Positions 22,220-40,154 of a stretch of DNA of 64,000 nt are shown piece after piece. The translations under genes and the position numbers were made by a program. The notes beneath the pieces are model-generated. The model did not search any database. It saw only the letters and a program-made list of their open reading frames with translations, and was not told the DNA's origin. Position 1 is the stretch's first letter; the number at the start of each line of letters is the position of its first letter. Source of the stretch: Macrostomum lignano (lineage: Eukaryota). The stretch covers positions 1 through 64,000 of the forward strand of contig NIVC01000025.1 of the NCBI GenBank assembly GCA_002269645.1. The letters run 5' to 3'.

Positions 22220-24500
22220 TACACTAACACTATGGCCTATGCTATAATGCTACTACTTTTTAGAATTTAGCAGGGATAAATTGTCAATCAAAAGTCTGTG
22301 AATAATCAAATTTTATTTTTGCAAAAAGATTCAAAGTAGTTTCGTTTGCCACTCTAGTTTCTGCTTCAGCTACTAGAGCAACGCTCAGATGCGCTAAACA
22401 TTAAACTGCTTATCTGCACTCTGCAGCCAAACTAACTGGGATCTTAGTCGAATTGAGGTGGGGGTGGAGAAGAAGGGGTTTATCTGGTCGGTTGGTTTTG
22501 AAAATTTGTTGGCACCAATGAGGTGGGGCGGATTCCTTGTTTGAATGGCCGCCGGCGTTGTTGCAACTCGAATAAAGCCGGAAAAACTCGTGCAGATAAT
22601 CTCAATGAATTCCTTCTCCTTTTACTCCGACAGCCGGGTTCTCAAGTCCGGGGGGAGGGTAGTTGTAATCGTAGCGGAGCGGTCGTAGAGCGGCACGGTC
22701 GTTCAGTTGTAGAACACAGGAGATTCTGACTCCGTAAATTAATGCGTCGATGAGTTGAACTTGTTACTTTTAGTAGGGTAGTTGCTGCCACCACCGTAAT
22801 TTACGTATTACGGAACGTTAATGTCTCAGAGCTTCTTGGAGATGAGAACTTGGTTTGTTTTACGCCCCGTGGGCAAATAACTCAAGATAGGCTATGGGCT
22901 TAATAAATTAGTTATGAAACAATATTAGCGAAATATTATTATTATTATTGTTATTGTTTAACTGAATATTATAGTAAGGACGATTATGGTTTAGCAGGCA
23001 GGTAAAGTTAATTAAGCACGACGAAGATAATTTCTCGAGCAGAGCCGCGGTGCACTAAAAGATTAAGATACGACTTATAAAAGTATTACTAAGTCAGTCA
23101 GTCGGTTCGGGAGCCGGGCGGAGGCTTCCTTAAAGAAAAGTTGAGAGTGTTTGAGAGAGGGAGAGCGCGAGCTTGAGCGAGAGTTAGAGTTCGAGCGATC
23201 CTTTTTGAGCGCTTGAAAAGCATGCAAAATAAATAGATAACAAAAACAAACAATAACAGGGGCGAAAGTTGGACTGGCAGCTGGGCAACGGGTTGGGCAA
23301 AAGGGTGGGCACACGGTTGGGCAAAGGCGGTAGCGCAGAAAATAAACCGGGAGAAAAAACAACAAGAGTGGGGAAACATTACTTCAAAGGTGGGACAGAT
23401 GGGAGGAACAAAATTGGGAACGAGAGGACAACCTGTGAAAAAAATGACGAAATATCAACCGTTGACAAATTTACGCAAAAAAATCCGGGTGTTGGGGCGC
23501 ATAATTAAATTCCAAAATTAGTAAGTTGAACGAAAATAATTCATAAACCAAAGTGGCAACCCGACTGCCACAGAATGTCGAATGAGGGAGTCAATTCTTT
23601 CTAAGAATATCTCTATTTGAATTCTGAATATTTTACAAACGAACAAAAGGTCTTGCAGACCTAATGCAGAGTAATCGATTCAACTTAGGGCGTTACAACC
23701 AAGCACTTATAATAAAAAATAGTAAGAAATATATATTAAACACTACTTTGAATTAGATTATTCAGAACAAAGTAGTGCTACCCACAGATACTATAAAACA
23801 CTCAGATAGGGCCTGCAAGGACGACTTAAGTAGGACGGGAAACCTCGTTTCTTAGAAAATTTTAGAAGGCAAGTTTTCCCAAAAAAATACACTACAGAGA
23901 TAGAAAGTTTTTATTTTTTTCAGCACAAAAATTGCTATTGCTTTTGATAGGAGGCAGATCCAGTGTTCATCTTTTGATATGTTGTGCCTTTTCTTATTGC
24001 TCTATCGATATTAATAGACAGACACCCTGTTGCGAATTTCTCCAGTTTCGCTGATCAAGCCTAGACATTGTGGGCAAGCCTCAACTGCTGGACTGCATCC
24101 TCGACAGCTGATCTCCAAGCATTCCGTCATCCCCCTGACGCGGGCGGCAACCTTCAACAGGGTGGAAAGTTTGACGGGTGGAAAAATAACTCGGTTTTCC
24201 TACTGTTAAAATATTCCAGTTAAAAGAAATCAAACACAGTATGGCTCAAAGCCTTTCGTTTCCACTTACCTAGACTAGACAATATTCGGCCAGTCTGGCC
24301 ATTTCTCTTAAGTTTGATTGCATTTTTTGGCATAGTGAAGTCTCGGCAAGTCTGCTTCGTACTTGAGTCCATAATTAGCGATACTACTTGTAGTGTTCTA
24401 CCTCCCACAAAAAAGGCATAAAATTGTTAACGTAAAAGCTTACTCATAGAATGCTACTGTAAGTAGACTAGTGTACACATGCGTACTGAAACTTTAACTA

Positions 24501-24700
24501 TGAATCATGTTACTATTTATAGCAGAGAAATGAATCATGTTACTATTTATAGCAAAGGAACGAGTCATGATACTATCTATAGCAAAGAAGTGAATCACTT
24601 AAGTTTATATTCCAAGATGAATCATGTTACAATTTATAACACAAAGATGAATCATGTTACTTTTTATAGCGCAACACACTAGTCATGTTACTATTTATAG
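24501..24700. repeat. 30-bp tandem repeat (TGAATCATGTTACTATTTATAGCAGAGAAA)
   Basis: About 7 degenerate copies ending at the LTR3 insertion site. Confidence 0.85.
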
Positions 24701-24931
24701 TGTAGGGTTGCGTTTGGTTTGGGCCGTCGGGGATGGGGGCTGCTCTATTGGTATATGTACTTGCATCTCGCTTTCTTCTCTGTGCATGCCCACCACCCCA
24801 GTTGGGTGAGTCACTTTAATGGATCTATCATCGCTGACTATTTAATCGCTCCTAAATTATCGCGCATCAAAATATACGTAGTAAATTAACTCTAAATTAT
24901 CGGCTCTTACATTGGTGGCAGCGAGAACCCA

Positions 24932-25700
24932 GTGCAAGTGCACTCATGGCCCAGAACACCCTTCTACCGCCAAAGTTCAGTGGGAACAGACGGCACTGAC
25001 GTGAGAAAGTGGCTGCGCATCTTTGAGGAATTCGCCAACGATGCGAAATGGGACGACGCAACCTCAGCGTCGAAGGTGAAGCTACTGCTCACGGGAGAAG
25101 CCCAACTTGTCGTCTGGACCTGGCCGAGACAAGACAAAAGAGTTTTAAAAGTATAAAGGAGGACCTCACAAAGTTTTTTGGAGGCGAAGCCGACAGCTTT
25201 AAGGCCATGAGCGACTTCTACGCGAGGAAACGTGGAGATGCCGAGACACTGCGTGAGCTCTGCTTCAACCTGAAGCTGCTACACCAGAAAGCCAGACCAG
25301 AGGACTCAATTGCTCAACAAGACCGCGAGATGTGCGCTTCAAGCTTCTGCAGCTGCTCAAGGCCGACATTCTCGACAACCTGCTTAAGGCAGAGGACGCA
25401 GAGACCTGCAGCCTGGAGACTATGCTGCAGCGGGCGGCCCGGCTGGAGGAGCTGGCTGGGCGACAGTCGGTGGTGGCAGTCGGAGCCGTCAGCGCTACAT
25501 CATCAGCAGAACCAAGCGAGGACCGCCTAGACCGACTGGAGAAACGCATGGAGGAGCTCATCGCGAGGGTCAGCGTACAGTCGGGTACCGACACTCGGCG
25601 TCGCTGTCAACAGCGAGGAGGCGGCTGCTTTAACTGCGGTCAGCTCGGACACGTGCAGCGCAATGTCAGCAGCGAGAGAAACAGCAGGGTCCGATCATCT
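24932..25700 (+). pseudogene. gag with zinc knuckle, frameshifted
   Basis: WLRIFEEFAN...LLLTGEA; CFNCGQLGHVQRN. Confidence 0.8.
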
Positions 25701-28700
25701 GCCACAAGTGCTCTGGGCGGGGGCACAAGGCTTCTGTCTGCCCATCGAAGGCTCTGGGAAACTTTTAAGGGTTGGTGCAACGGGTGCGGGACCCACACAA
25801 ACCCCAAGGAGCAATCCCGTGCTTTATGCTACTTTTATACCTGGAGAGGCAAACGGCAAGCCGTGCCGCTGGCTGCTGGACACCGGAGCGCAGACCTCGC
25901 TGATCAGCGACGTTGCTTTGAGAGAGCTGGACGGTCGCTGCGAGCTGAAGCCGGCAGATGTCAGGCCTGTGTCCGTGGACGGCTCCGTTCTCGAGCTGTT
26001 AGGAAGCGTGAGCATTACGGTGCGACTTAGTCATCAGCTGCGCAGACAAATGGACGTGCTGGTGGTCAGAGGGATTCGCCCAGACTTCATCCTGGGGATG
26101 GATTTCGTGAGCAAGGCGGCCAGATCGCAGTTCAGCATTGACCAGGGTGCCAAGACAGTCGCATTTGATGGTGAGGCGGTTCCGTTCAGTAACTGCGATT
26201 CCAAGCAAGATGGCCCACTGTCTTGTTGCTTGGTACCCACAGTGATCATCGCCAGAGTTCAGGGCGCCGTCGTGGTACCGCCAAGGTCAGTTAAAGTGGT
26301 GGACGTGACGACCGAGACCAAGCAGGCACAGGGCATCTTCGAGCCATCACAGGAATTCATCGACAGAATCGGAGTGCTGCCCGGCCGCGTGTTCGCGGTG
26401 TCTTCAGAGAGCGGTGAGATCCCAGTTCAGGTGTGCAACCTCAGCTGCAGCCCGGTCACGTTGTTCTCCAACCAGAGCATCGGCACCTTCGAGAGCGCAG
26501 TGGTTATCGATGAGGACGAGGACGTGCACGAGTGGCGAGGCCCCGCAGACCAGCTCAACATCAATCCGGAGCTGCCGGAGGAGGACAGCAAGCGTCTAGC
26601 AATGCTGCTGAGGGCATTTGCCGACGTGGTCTCAGTCCATGAATTCGACGTTGGTACGAGCAGCGCAGCGCAGCACAAGATTGAGCTGGACGACGGCGCA
26701 CGCCCAATTCGCCAACGGCCTCGGCGGGTGCCTCACGCTTTCAGGAGGCAAGTGGACGAGAAGCTGGAGCAGATGCGACAACATGGCGTCATCGAGCCCT
26801 CCACCAGCCCGTGGGCAAGCAACCTGATAATCGTCAGAAAGAAGAATAATGACATCCGAGTCTGTGTCGACTGGCGGGCGCTGAACAACCTTACAGTAAA
26901 GGACGCCCACCCGCCGCCGCATTTGCACCAAGCGATCGACTCCTTGGCTGGCTGCTCATGGTTCTCTACGATCGACATGCGCCAAGGCTTCCTTCAGGTG
27001 GAGGTCAGAGAGAAGGATCGGCCGTTGACAGCGTTCTACACTCCGAGCGGCCTGATGCGATTCTGCAAAATGGGATTCGGCATGTGCAACGCGCCTGCGA
27101 CGTACCAGCGAATGATGGAGCTCATCATGACCGGCCTGAGCTGGGAGGAGGTCATCGCGTACATTGATGACCTGATCATCTTCAACAGGGACTTTGAGAA
27201 CCACGTTCAGTCACTGTCCAAGGTGCTGCATCGACTGCGGTCTGCCAAGCTGAAGCTGAACAACCCAGGCAAGAGCTTCTTCGCCTACCGGAGCGTCACG
27301 TACCTGGGTCACCAAGTCTCTGAGAGCGGCATCGCACCTGCCGCGGAGAAGGTCGAGGCGATCAGGCGGATGCCGGAGCCGCAGTCCGAGGAGGATGTTC
27401 GACGCATCATCGGCATGCTCAGCTTCTACCGCAGGTTCGTGCCCAACTTCTCTGAAATTGTCAAGCCGCTACATCACCTGGCTCAGAAAGGCGCGGGCGG
27501 CGGCTTCGTGTGGATGTCAGAGCATGCTGCGGCGCTGAACAAGTTGAAGGACGCGCTGACCCAGGCCCCGGTGCTCCAACTGCCCGACTTCAGCCGGCCT
27601 ATCGTCATCAGCTGTGACAGCAGTGCTGTGGCCTTGGGTGCGGTGCTCAGCCAGGAGCGCGACGGCCAGGAGCTGCCAGTGGCCTACGCTTCCCGGACGC
27701 TGAGCAAGGCAGAGTGCAACTACAGCACCACGGACCGGGAGCAGCTCGTGATTGTTTGGAGCCTCAAGCAGTTCCGCATGTACCTGAGCAACAGCTGTAA
27801 GATCCAAGTGTTCACCGACCACAAGCCGATCACTGGGCTGCTCAACGCGAAGGAGCCAACCGGTCGGCTGGCACGTTGGCTGCAGCTCATTCAGGAGTTC
27901 CCCCTGGAGATCCTGTACCGGCCAAGCCGTGGTCTGTCATGCAGCTCGACATCAAGGGCCCACTGCCAGCCACCGAGTCAGGCAAACGCTACATCCTCTG
28001 CTTTGTCGACACATTTTCAAAGTGGGTGGAGGCGGCGGCCCTCAGCCAGATCGACGCCAAGACGGCAGCCGAGGCTCTGGTGACCTGCGTGGTGCTGCGG
28101 CACGGAGTTCCCGAGGTCGTGCACTCGGACCAAGGTCGCCAGTTTGAGGCCGAAGTTTTCAAGCAGACCTGCGCACTGCTCGGAGCAGAAAAATCGAGGA
28201 CCTCACTGTTTCACCCCAGCGGCAACGGGAACGTCGAGAGGTTCAATAGGACGCTGGGCAACATGCTCTCGGCATTCTGCTCGGAGGACCAGGCCAGCTG
28301 GGACGCCCTACAGCTCCACGGGCGAGTCGCCGTTCAAAGTGCTCCGCGGTATCGAGCCCAGACTGCCGGTCGACTTGGCACTCGGTGGGCAGCGCGACCA
28401 GCCGCAGGACTGCGCGGACCTGCAGGCGAGAATCAGGCGCGGCTTTCAGGTTGTGCGGGCGCACCTGCACACGGCCCAGAAATCGCAGCACGAGTTCTAC
28501 AACCTAGGGGCAGAGACTACCGACTTCAAGACCGGTGAACGAGTGATGCTGACGCACCATACCATGAAGCGCGGCCAGTGCAAGTCGCTGTCGAACCGGT
28601 GGTCCGGCCCGTTCATCGTCCTTAAGAAGGTCAGCCCTGTGAACTACCGGCTGCAGGCTGTGAACGGCAGGCGCCGCTTGCTGGTCCACCACGACCTCTT

Positions 28701-28917
28701 GAAGCGCTTTATCGACCAACTAAATCTGAGCGACAGGCCGCCAGCCAAGCCGGCCACCGAGGACGACTGTCAAAGCATCGAGGACTCCGCGGGCCAGCTG
28801 GCCGGCCCGGACGCCTGGGAGCAGCTGCGCGACCCGTACGCGGCTGAACCCGGCAACGCGGTGCGCCGGTCAGGCAGGCAGCGACGGCGGCCGGACTTTT
28901 ACACGGCGACCTGTTGA
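25663..28917 (+). pseudogene. pol (PR-RT-RH-IN) with deletions and frameshifts
   Basis: LLDTGAQTSLI; YIDD; CDSSAVALGAVLSQ; QLDIKGP/HSDQG/GNVERFNRT; HHCC finger missing. Confidence 0.93.
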
Positions 28918-29928
28918 CGTACTTTCTTTCTGATCGGGACTTTTTCGCGTTGCATGACCTTTTTTGTTTGCTTTTGTTTTATCCCGTTTTTATCCCTTCT
29001 TGTATCTTTCTTGGGGAGAGTGATGTTGGATTGCGTTTGGTTTGGGCCTCGGGGGTGGGGGCTGCTCTATTGGTATATAAGCGAAAGAAAGCGAGAAGAT
29101 GAACTTGCATCTCGGTTTCTTCTCTGTGCATGCCCGCCACTCCAGTTGGGTGAGTCACTTTAATCGATCTATCATCGCTGACTATTTAATCGCTCCTAAA
29201 TTATCGTGCATCAAAATATACGTAGTAAATTAACTCTAAATTATCGCCTCTTACAATAGCTTGCAAAATCGCCTATAAAATATAAGTGGTCCGAACGGAC
29301 CGGAGCTAACAACTTCTGAGAGAGAAGAGAACCTTCCGGAGGGAAGAAGAGCTCCGAAGAGGAATTAGTCGGCGGGGAACTTCCTTCAGACCACTTCAAC
29401 TGAAGACTCGTCTGAGTTATTGCGGTAAGCCTTACTCATTTGCGCCAGGTGTTAGAGTCGACTCGATATTATTGTTACGACTGAGTCTAATTGAGAGACT
29501 CCATTGGTTGTAGTCTCGGGGGGCAAATGGCAACTAAAACCGAGGGACTCTGTGACATCCGCCAGCTTTTCGTTTTTCGAGGAGGCTCTTCCCCCTCCTT
29601 TTCGTTCTGGCCTGGCGTGGAAGCGGCTAGCTTCCTCGTCTTGGTCTGCTGGTGGGGGACGGATCCCCCCTGCTGCTTTTTTGCGGGGCAGGTGGCTGCT
29701 AAGTAGTTGGCTGCTGGCTAAGCGCCAACTACCCATCGGCAGCCCTTAGTTGCAACTGGTACCACACGGGTTCTCGAGGGCCGCTCTTGTGGGGGAGGGC
29801 TCGGGCGTCGGCTGTCAACTCGACCTGGCGCCTGTGTCCCAAGCCCGCAGCCGGCCTCCCGCCCCCTGATCTTGCAGAGTGTGGACCGGGGCCTGCCGGA
29901 GCCTCGCCTGGGAGCAATCCTGGGATAA

Positions 29929-30948
<1,020 letters not shown>

Positions 30949-30971
30949 GGTGAGTCCGTGAGCTCGGATAG

Positions 30972-34801
<3,830 letters not shown>

Positions 34802-36215
34802 TCCTTGTGCTCTTTTACCTTGGGGTTGCGATAGGGGCCTCGCGGCCTATTCGCGGCGCCTGCGCCCCCCGTCAGTAGTAAGTAAGTAGTAAGTGGTTGT
34901 AGTCTCCAGAAGGACTACCTTGATAGTCATCCGAGGACTATCAGCGACTACCATAGAGCTATACCTAGAGTGCATTGAAGCACTGCTAGAAGGAGAAGGC
35001 TTAATTGAAACCGCAGTTTGGCTCAGGGATCCCATTGTTAATTCGAAGCTTCTGATTGGTCCGAACGACAGATACCGGCCGGAAACGACTTCAGTGGAAG
35101 TAAGAAGAACTCGGACCTGATCTACGAACCATAGACGTCTAACAAGTCAAGAAGACCGAGAACTGCGCAAAGGAATTTAAGAGCTCTCCAAATCAGGACT
35201 CAAGGTAATAACTACCTTCATTTGATTACTGGGGTTGCCTAGCAGTAGCTAGAAGTGATTGTTCTTTGATTACTGAGAATGGTCTTAGTAATAAGGAGCA
35301 CATCATACTCAAACATGCTCATACGCTCGTAATGACTGATAAATATATTGACTATTACCGACGTTCCGACGTCGATTACAAAAGTATGTGCTGTTACATT
35401 ACATTGACGGATAACAACGGTATAAGTCAAAACCTGATAGTCGATGTAGCTGATGCAGGTACGACGTCAAAGTGCATGTAGAAGCTACAGCGCTATACTG
35501 TCTCATCCTCTTGTCTCTGTTGTGTTTACATTTTGGGTGAAAACTTATTAAATCGGCCTCTATCAGATTGTTTTGCATTAATCGTTTTTAGTTTTACCGA
35601 CCCTAGTTGCACTTGTACGTAGCCTATGACTTTCCTGTATGAAAGACCCGCGATAGTTCTCCGTTTTCACAACTGTTTGATGTGCTCAGGAACAGCAGCA
35701 CATTGATGTGCTCAGGAACACCAGCACATTGATGTGCTCAGGAAAAGCATCAAAAACGAAGTATGATGAGATGCAAAAGAAAATCTCGCCTACTACATAT
35801 GTTTAGAGAGATACGAAGTAAAACGAATTCAACGCAAAGCAGCACAATGCAACCTTGACTGCGTCACCAGTTCCGGTTGAAGAAAACATAGTAAAATACC
35901 AAACTAGAAAGTTTATTGAAACGGCGAGTGTATCGTAAAAAAATGAATGATTTTTTTAGAATTTTTTCCAACCATTGAATAACTGGGCCAGAAGCGGCCC
36001 TCAAAAAGTGAGCTGGCATTGCGCTGACTCCCGCCTACGCCGCGATCACAAAGGCCCAGCGCGGTGTCATAAAGTCGGCCATAACCCCGAGCAATGTCCG
36101 AGCTAGGGCTTCCGGACTGTCCTGCATTTAAGTAAGTCAATTTCTAGAAAGTCAAGCCATCTGCGACTCTGCAGCTCTCTGAGACTCGACCAACCTCGCT
36201 AGACAAGCCGAAGCC

Positions 36216-36386
36216 ATGCTGAGATTTCTGATGCTCCTCGCCGCTCTGCTTCTGGTGAGCGCCACGCAACAGGCGGCTGCTGCTGATGAATGCAGCTGCC
36301 ACCAGGATGGAATCAGGTGCATTGGAGGAGAGAAGTGCAACGAAGGCTTCTGCAATAAAGACAGCCAGGGCGGCTGCTATTTATGA
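36216..36386 (+). CDS. Small secreted six-cysteine peptide (56 aa), family unknown
   Basis: MLRFLMLLAALLLVSATQQAAAA-DECSCHQDGIRCIGGEKCNEGFCNKDSQGGCYL*; good start context (GCCATG); AATAAA at 36429. Confidence 0.75.
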   Translation: MLRFLMLLAALLLVSATQQAAAADECSCHQDGIRCIGGEKCNEGFCNKDSQGGCYL

Positions 36387-36515
36387 GGAACTTTGGAATG
36401 AACCGGAATCACTGAGCCTTTGAGTCTGAATAAATATGATAGCATTGCAGCTTCTGACCAGCTCTTTGAGCAATGCTTACATCCAATAAGCTGTGTTTGT
36501 ACTGTCTTAATCATT

Positions 36516-36626
36516 TCAGTCAGTCAATCAGTCAGTCAGTCAGTCAGTCAGTCAGTCAGTCAGTCAGTCAGTCAGTCGTCAGTCAGTCAGTCAGTCAGTC
36601 AGTCAGTCAGTCAGTCAGTCAGTCAG
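36516..36626. repeat. (TCAG)n microsatellite
   Basis: Direct inspection. Confidence 0.97.
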
Positions 36627-37484
36627 TGTGTCTGCATGTAGAGGACGTCCGATCTCGCGTTCTGATCGCAGTCGATAACAGCAGGTAACATCAGGTATAT
36701 TGAGCTAACTGCCGTCAGCCTCTACATGTACAGGATGTCCTCTGCCCACCTTAGACGGACCTTGTTTTTCTGGGTTGCACCTTTGCTAGTGTATATCTGT
36801 TATTGAGATTATAGATTCTCAGCAATCCCTCCGCTTAATACCTCTTAGTATATGTACATGCATATGCTTCTTAGAGTTACATGTAGTTTGAATATGCATA
36901 CACAAGCTGAGATGCTGAGATGTCAAGGCTAATGAAGGGAATAGCTGAAATAAATGAAGGGGGTTGCTGAGATGCCTAAAGGCCAAACGTCAAAGTGAGA
37001 TTTGGATTCAGCCAAAGCTCGAAGGGGAGGCTGATATCAAAGGCGACTAAAGTAACAAATACATCTACTTAAGTGGCTGATATCTTAGGCTGGATGGGTG
37101 GCTTTCATAGCCGATGATTTTTGCTATAAAAACATCATTTTCCTTAAGAAACTAACGATAGTAACTCTAGGCTGGATAGGTGGCTTTCATAGCCGATGTA
37201 CGCTCGTACGTATATTAAAGTTAATTCAAAAAATGTTTCCATTTTACTCCAAGTCTGACTGTTATTATTCCGACTACGATTTTACACGATTTAAACAAAA
37301 GCTACATTGAATAATATTTTAGGCAGTATAGTTTGAACAGTAACTCACTATTAATATCATGAACCGGTCAATCAAAAATATTTCTGTTTAAAAAGTTAGC
37401 TTTAAATTTAACCAGCTACTGCATAAGCAGTAGAAAACGCATATTTACAAAAATATGTGAGCATATTTCTTGAGTAGAAGGACG

Positions 37485-38932
37485 TTAACTGGAGCACGAC
37501 CTGGTTAATTTGGATGCTCTGTCTTCCAGCAGCCTCACTCTGGCTTCCTCTGCCGCGGAAATTTCTGAACCAAAAAAGCTTCTTATTCTTTCAGCGCAGA
37601 TTTTCAGGCGGGCGCCGTCTGTGCAAAAATTGCAAAAAGCAAACAGCTCCTCATAGTCGGCATCCACATCAAGGTCGGCGGCCCAGCTGGCCATCTCTGA
37701 CTCTCTATCAACGCTCTCTGCTCGCAAATGCAGGCTTAAACAGCGCCAGAAAGTGTAAAAGTTGACGTAAGTGTGAGAAGCATTGCCTTGCTGGCCGAGG
37801 TGACAAATACAGCAGCTGACGACTGTCTCTGGCAGAAAGTCCACCCCGATACTTCCATGGCTGTAAGTAAAGCAGAACTTCCAGGCCCAATCGCTTTCGC
37901 GAAGTATTTTATAATCGTGCTCTTCAAAGTCGTAGCCTTCGAAGTTGGCGTAATAACCGGACTCATTAAGTGTCTGAGCAGGGTCCCACAGTCGCTTTGT
38001 CTGATGACCCGCCAGCCGCTGTAGCGCCTGACAGGCGGACAACTGGTCGCCGAGTTTCAGATGCGCCAAGGCCTCCAGAACCTGGCGGGCGCACTTCATA
38101 CAGGCCAAGTTATCGGCACTTCTCAGCTTCTCAAAGAAGTCGCTGGCCAGTTCAGGCTGCAGGTGTTGCAGTTCGCACAGTCGCCAGTAGACGAAGCCGT
38201 AGATGTCTGCAAAGTAGCTGAGCTGCAATGTCTCCGGCCGATACGAGGGAATTCCCAACGGCAGCAGAGTGAATGGATAGAAGTAGAAACTCGTGTCCTG
38301 TCCAAGCGGCCTCACGTGACCAGCCAGGTGATGCTCAAATTCGGCCATGTTTAGCAGAACCCGCTTGATCAAAGTGAAAACAGTCAGTTTTGTTTCCGGC
38401 GATCCTACGATGGCGCTTTTGAAGAACAATGGCGCTCCTTCCAAGAAAAAGTGCGGCATGCAGACCTCGGGCTTGGGTTCATTGGCAGTGAGTTGCAGCA
38501 TGAGCAGCAGGGACTCTCGAAACAGCGCAATTAGTCGTTCAGGCTTCCACTCATCCGGGTAATCCTGCTTCTTCTCGAGCATGAAAAACAGCAAAGTCTT
38601 GGCGTGGTAGGTCTTCAGACCGGGCGCGTTCCAGGTTTTCGGGATGAGTCGCTTGAACAGGAACTTCAACAGGATAAACAGCTGGCCTTGCACAGTTGTC
38701 AGGCTGCGGAGGGCTTTCCTTTCCTGGAAGCTGAAGCTCACTCGAAGCTCGGCCGTTTTATCCGGCCTAGTGGCTCTGACCAGGTGCACGTTGCCCTCGC
38801 AATTTACGCTATCATCGCCTAGCAGAATGTTGATCCGGTGAGTATAGAATGAGCTGCAGCACATGTAGGCATAGCAGGTGTCCTGAGCTGGCCGGATTCC
38901 GCAGGGCGGAGCAGCGACTGCGGGCTGGGTGC
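37485..38932 (-). CDS. Mab-21/cGAS-like nucleotidyltransferase (cGLR), last exon: third acidic residue, Mab-21 C-lobe, helical extension
   Basis: QDTCYAYMC, LRVSFSFQE, LFILLKFLFK, LKTYHAKTLLFFMLE, W, PHFF-LF are Mab-21 family hallmarks; acceptor TTGCAG at 38933. Confidence 0.88.
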
Positions 38933-39194
38933 CTGCAATGCAGCGGATGGCGTTTGATTAGCGGATTCAGTAACGATGCATGTGATGGATTTTATTTCTC
39001 CGACACTTCATATATCCGATACTTCATATCTCCGACACGTCATATCTTCGTTAGGGTTAGGCTTACGGTTAAGCTTGTCGGAGGAATAAAGTTTCGAAAA
39101 TATAAATAGGTGCTTTCGGAGATATGAAAGCGTCCCGTTTAAAATAGACTGCAAATACCCCATTGATTCAGGTGACCCCCGGACTTCTACAAAC

Positions 39195-39553
39195 CTGCTT
39201 GAACATCGATCAGACAGTGGCCTTCGACAACTTTTAATAGCAAGCCTCGTCCTCGTCTATCGGAGCACTGGCAGCCGAAGAACAGGTGAAACTTTTCCCC
39301 CTCCTGGATGACGGTCCAATCGATGTCGGAGTCCCTGGCGGTTCTTCCGGTCACCTGCACCAGGCTGTTGCCCCAGCCGTCGGAGAAGCTGCCAGTCATT
39401 TCCCGCATCTCTTCATAATAGGCCTTAACAGCGAGCTTCTGCAAGAACTCGGCCATCTGGCACTGGAACTGAGCTCTCTCCCGGGTGAACCCCGCCTCCA
39501 GGAGCAGTTGGTGCAGGCGCAGGCTCTTCTGGACGTCATCGGCTGGTGACTCA
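39195..39553 (-). CDS. cGLR catalytic exon (GS...DxD)
   Basis: MTGSFSDGWG...DSDIDWTVI; acceptor TCTCAG (39554); donor CAG|GTTTGT (39194), phase-compatible with the next exon. Confidence 0.85.
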
Positions 39554-39639
39554 CTGAGAATTAGGAAGTAATAGTTGTGTCGTGACTATTTAAAGAAACA
39601 AATATATGCTCGCTAGTAGTATATATACTCAGCAACATT

Positions 39640-39925
39640 GAAAAGTCGCTACTCTGTGCCAGTGAGCAATTTCTCTTGGACTATTCTGAAATAAAAGATA
39701 CGAGAAAACCGATCGGGGTAGCTTCAATCCGTCCAACCCTCGCACACCGCTCCCATCACTTCATTCCTCAACTCAAGTCTGCCGCGGCGTAGCTGAGTTG
39801 CGTTACTCGCAAAGATTGAGAGACTTTTTTCCTGAACTCTTAAAAGTGACGATCACAGACGGAATCTTCTGTGATGGCGACTTTTCGATGTTGCGGAGTG
39901 ATATTTTGAACTCCAGTCCAGCCTA
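39640..39925 (+). repeat. Dispersed repeat, copy A (copy B, AT-eroded, at about 49350-49660)
   Basis: Shared blocks GCAATTTCT.TTGGACTATT.TGAAATAAAAGATA, TCAACTCAAGTCT, CAAAGATTGA.AGACTTT. Confidence 0.75.
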
Positions 39926-40154
39926 ATAGCTATATAAATATAACTCTTTACACATCGTTGAAATTTCCAAACAATGCTAGTTTCAGACTTCCTTCAGGCC
40001 CTCCGAGGGGCCCAGTGTGCATACAGTGTATATTGAACACTTACAAAGCGTGGATATCAGTAAGCATGGCCTTGAAGTCCGCAAAAGTGTGAGTATTGTC
40101 GACCGTATATTGGATTTTTCTGAAAATAATTGCAGGCCAAGTTAGAGTTTTAAT

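Larger units (their letters stand above)
24701..29255 (+). mobile_element. Ty3/gypsy LTR retrotransposon 3, both LTRs and TSD present, internally deleted
   Basis: LTRs 24701-24911 and 29024-29255 (TG...CA); 4-bp TSD ATAG; PBS TGGTGGCAGCG 24913-24923; PPT 29013-29023. Confidence 0.95.

Noticed and set aside
29518-29760. HDV-like ribozyme at the LINE 5' end (G-rich start, GCTAAG, TTCCTCG motifs)
   Set aside because: Could not assemble a consistent P1/P1.1/P2/P3/P4 topology by eye; kept only as a structured UTR
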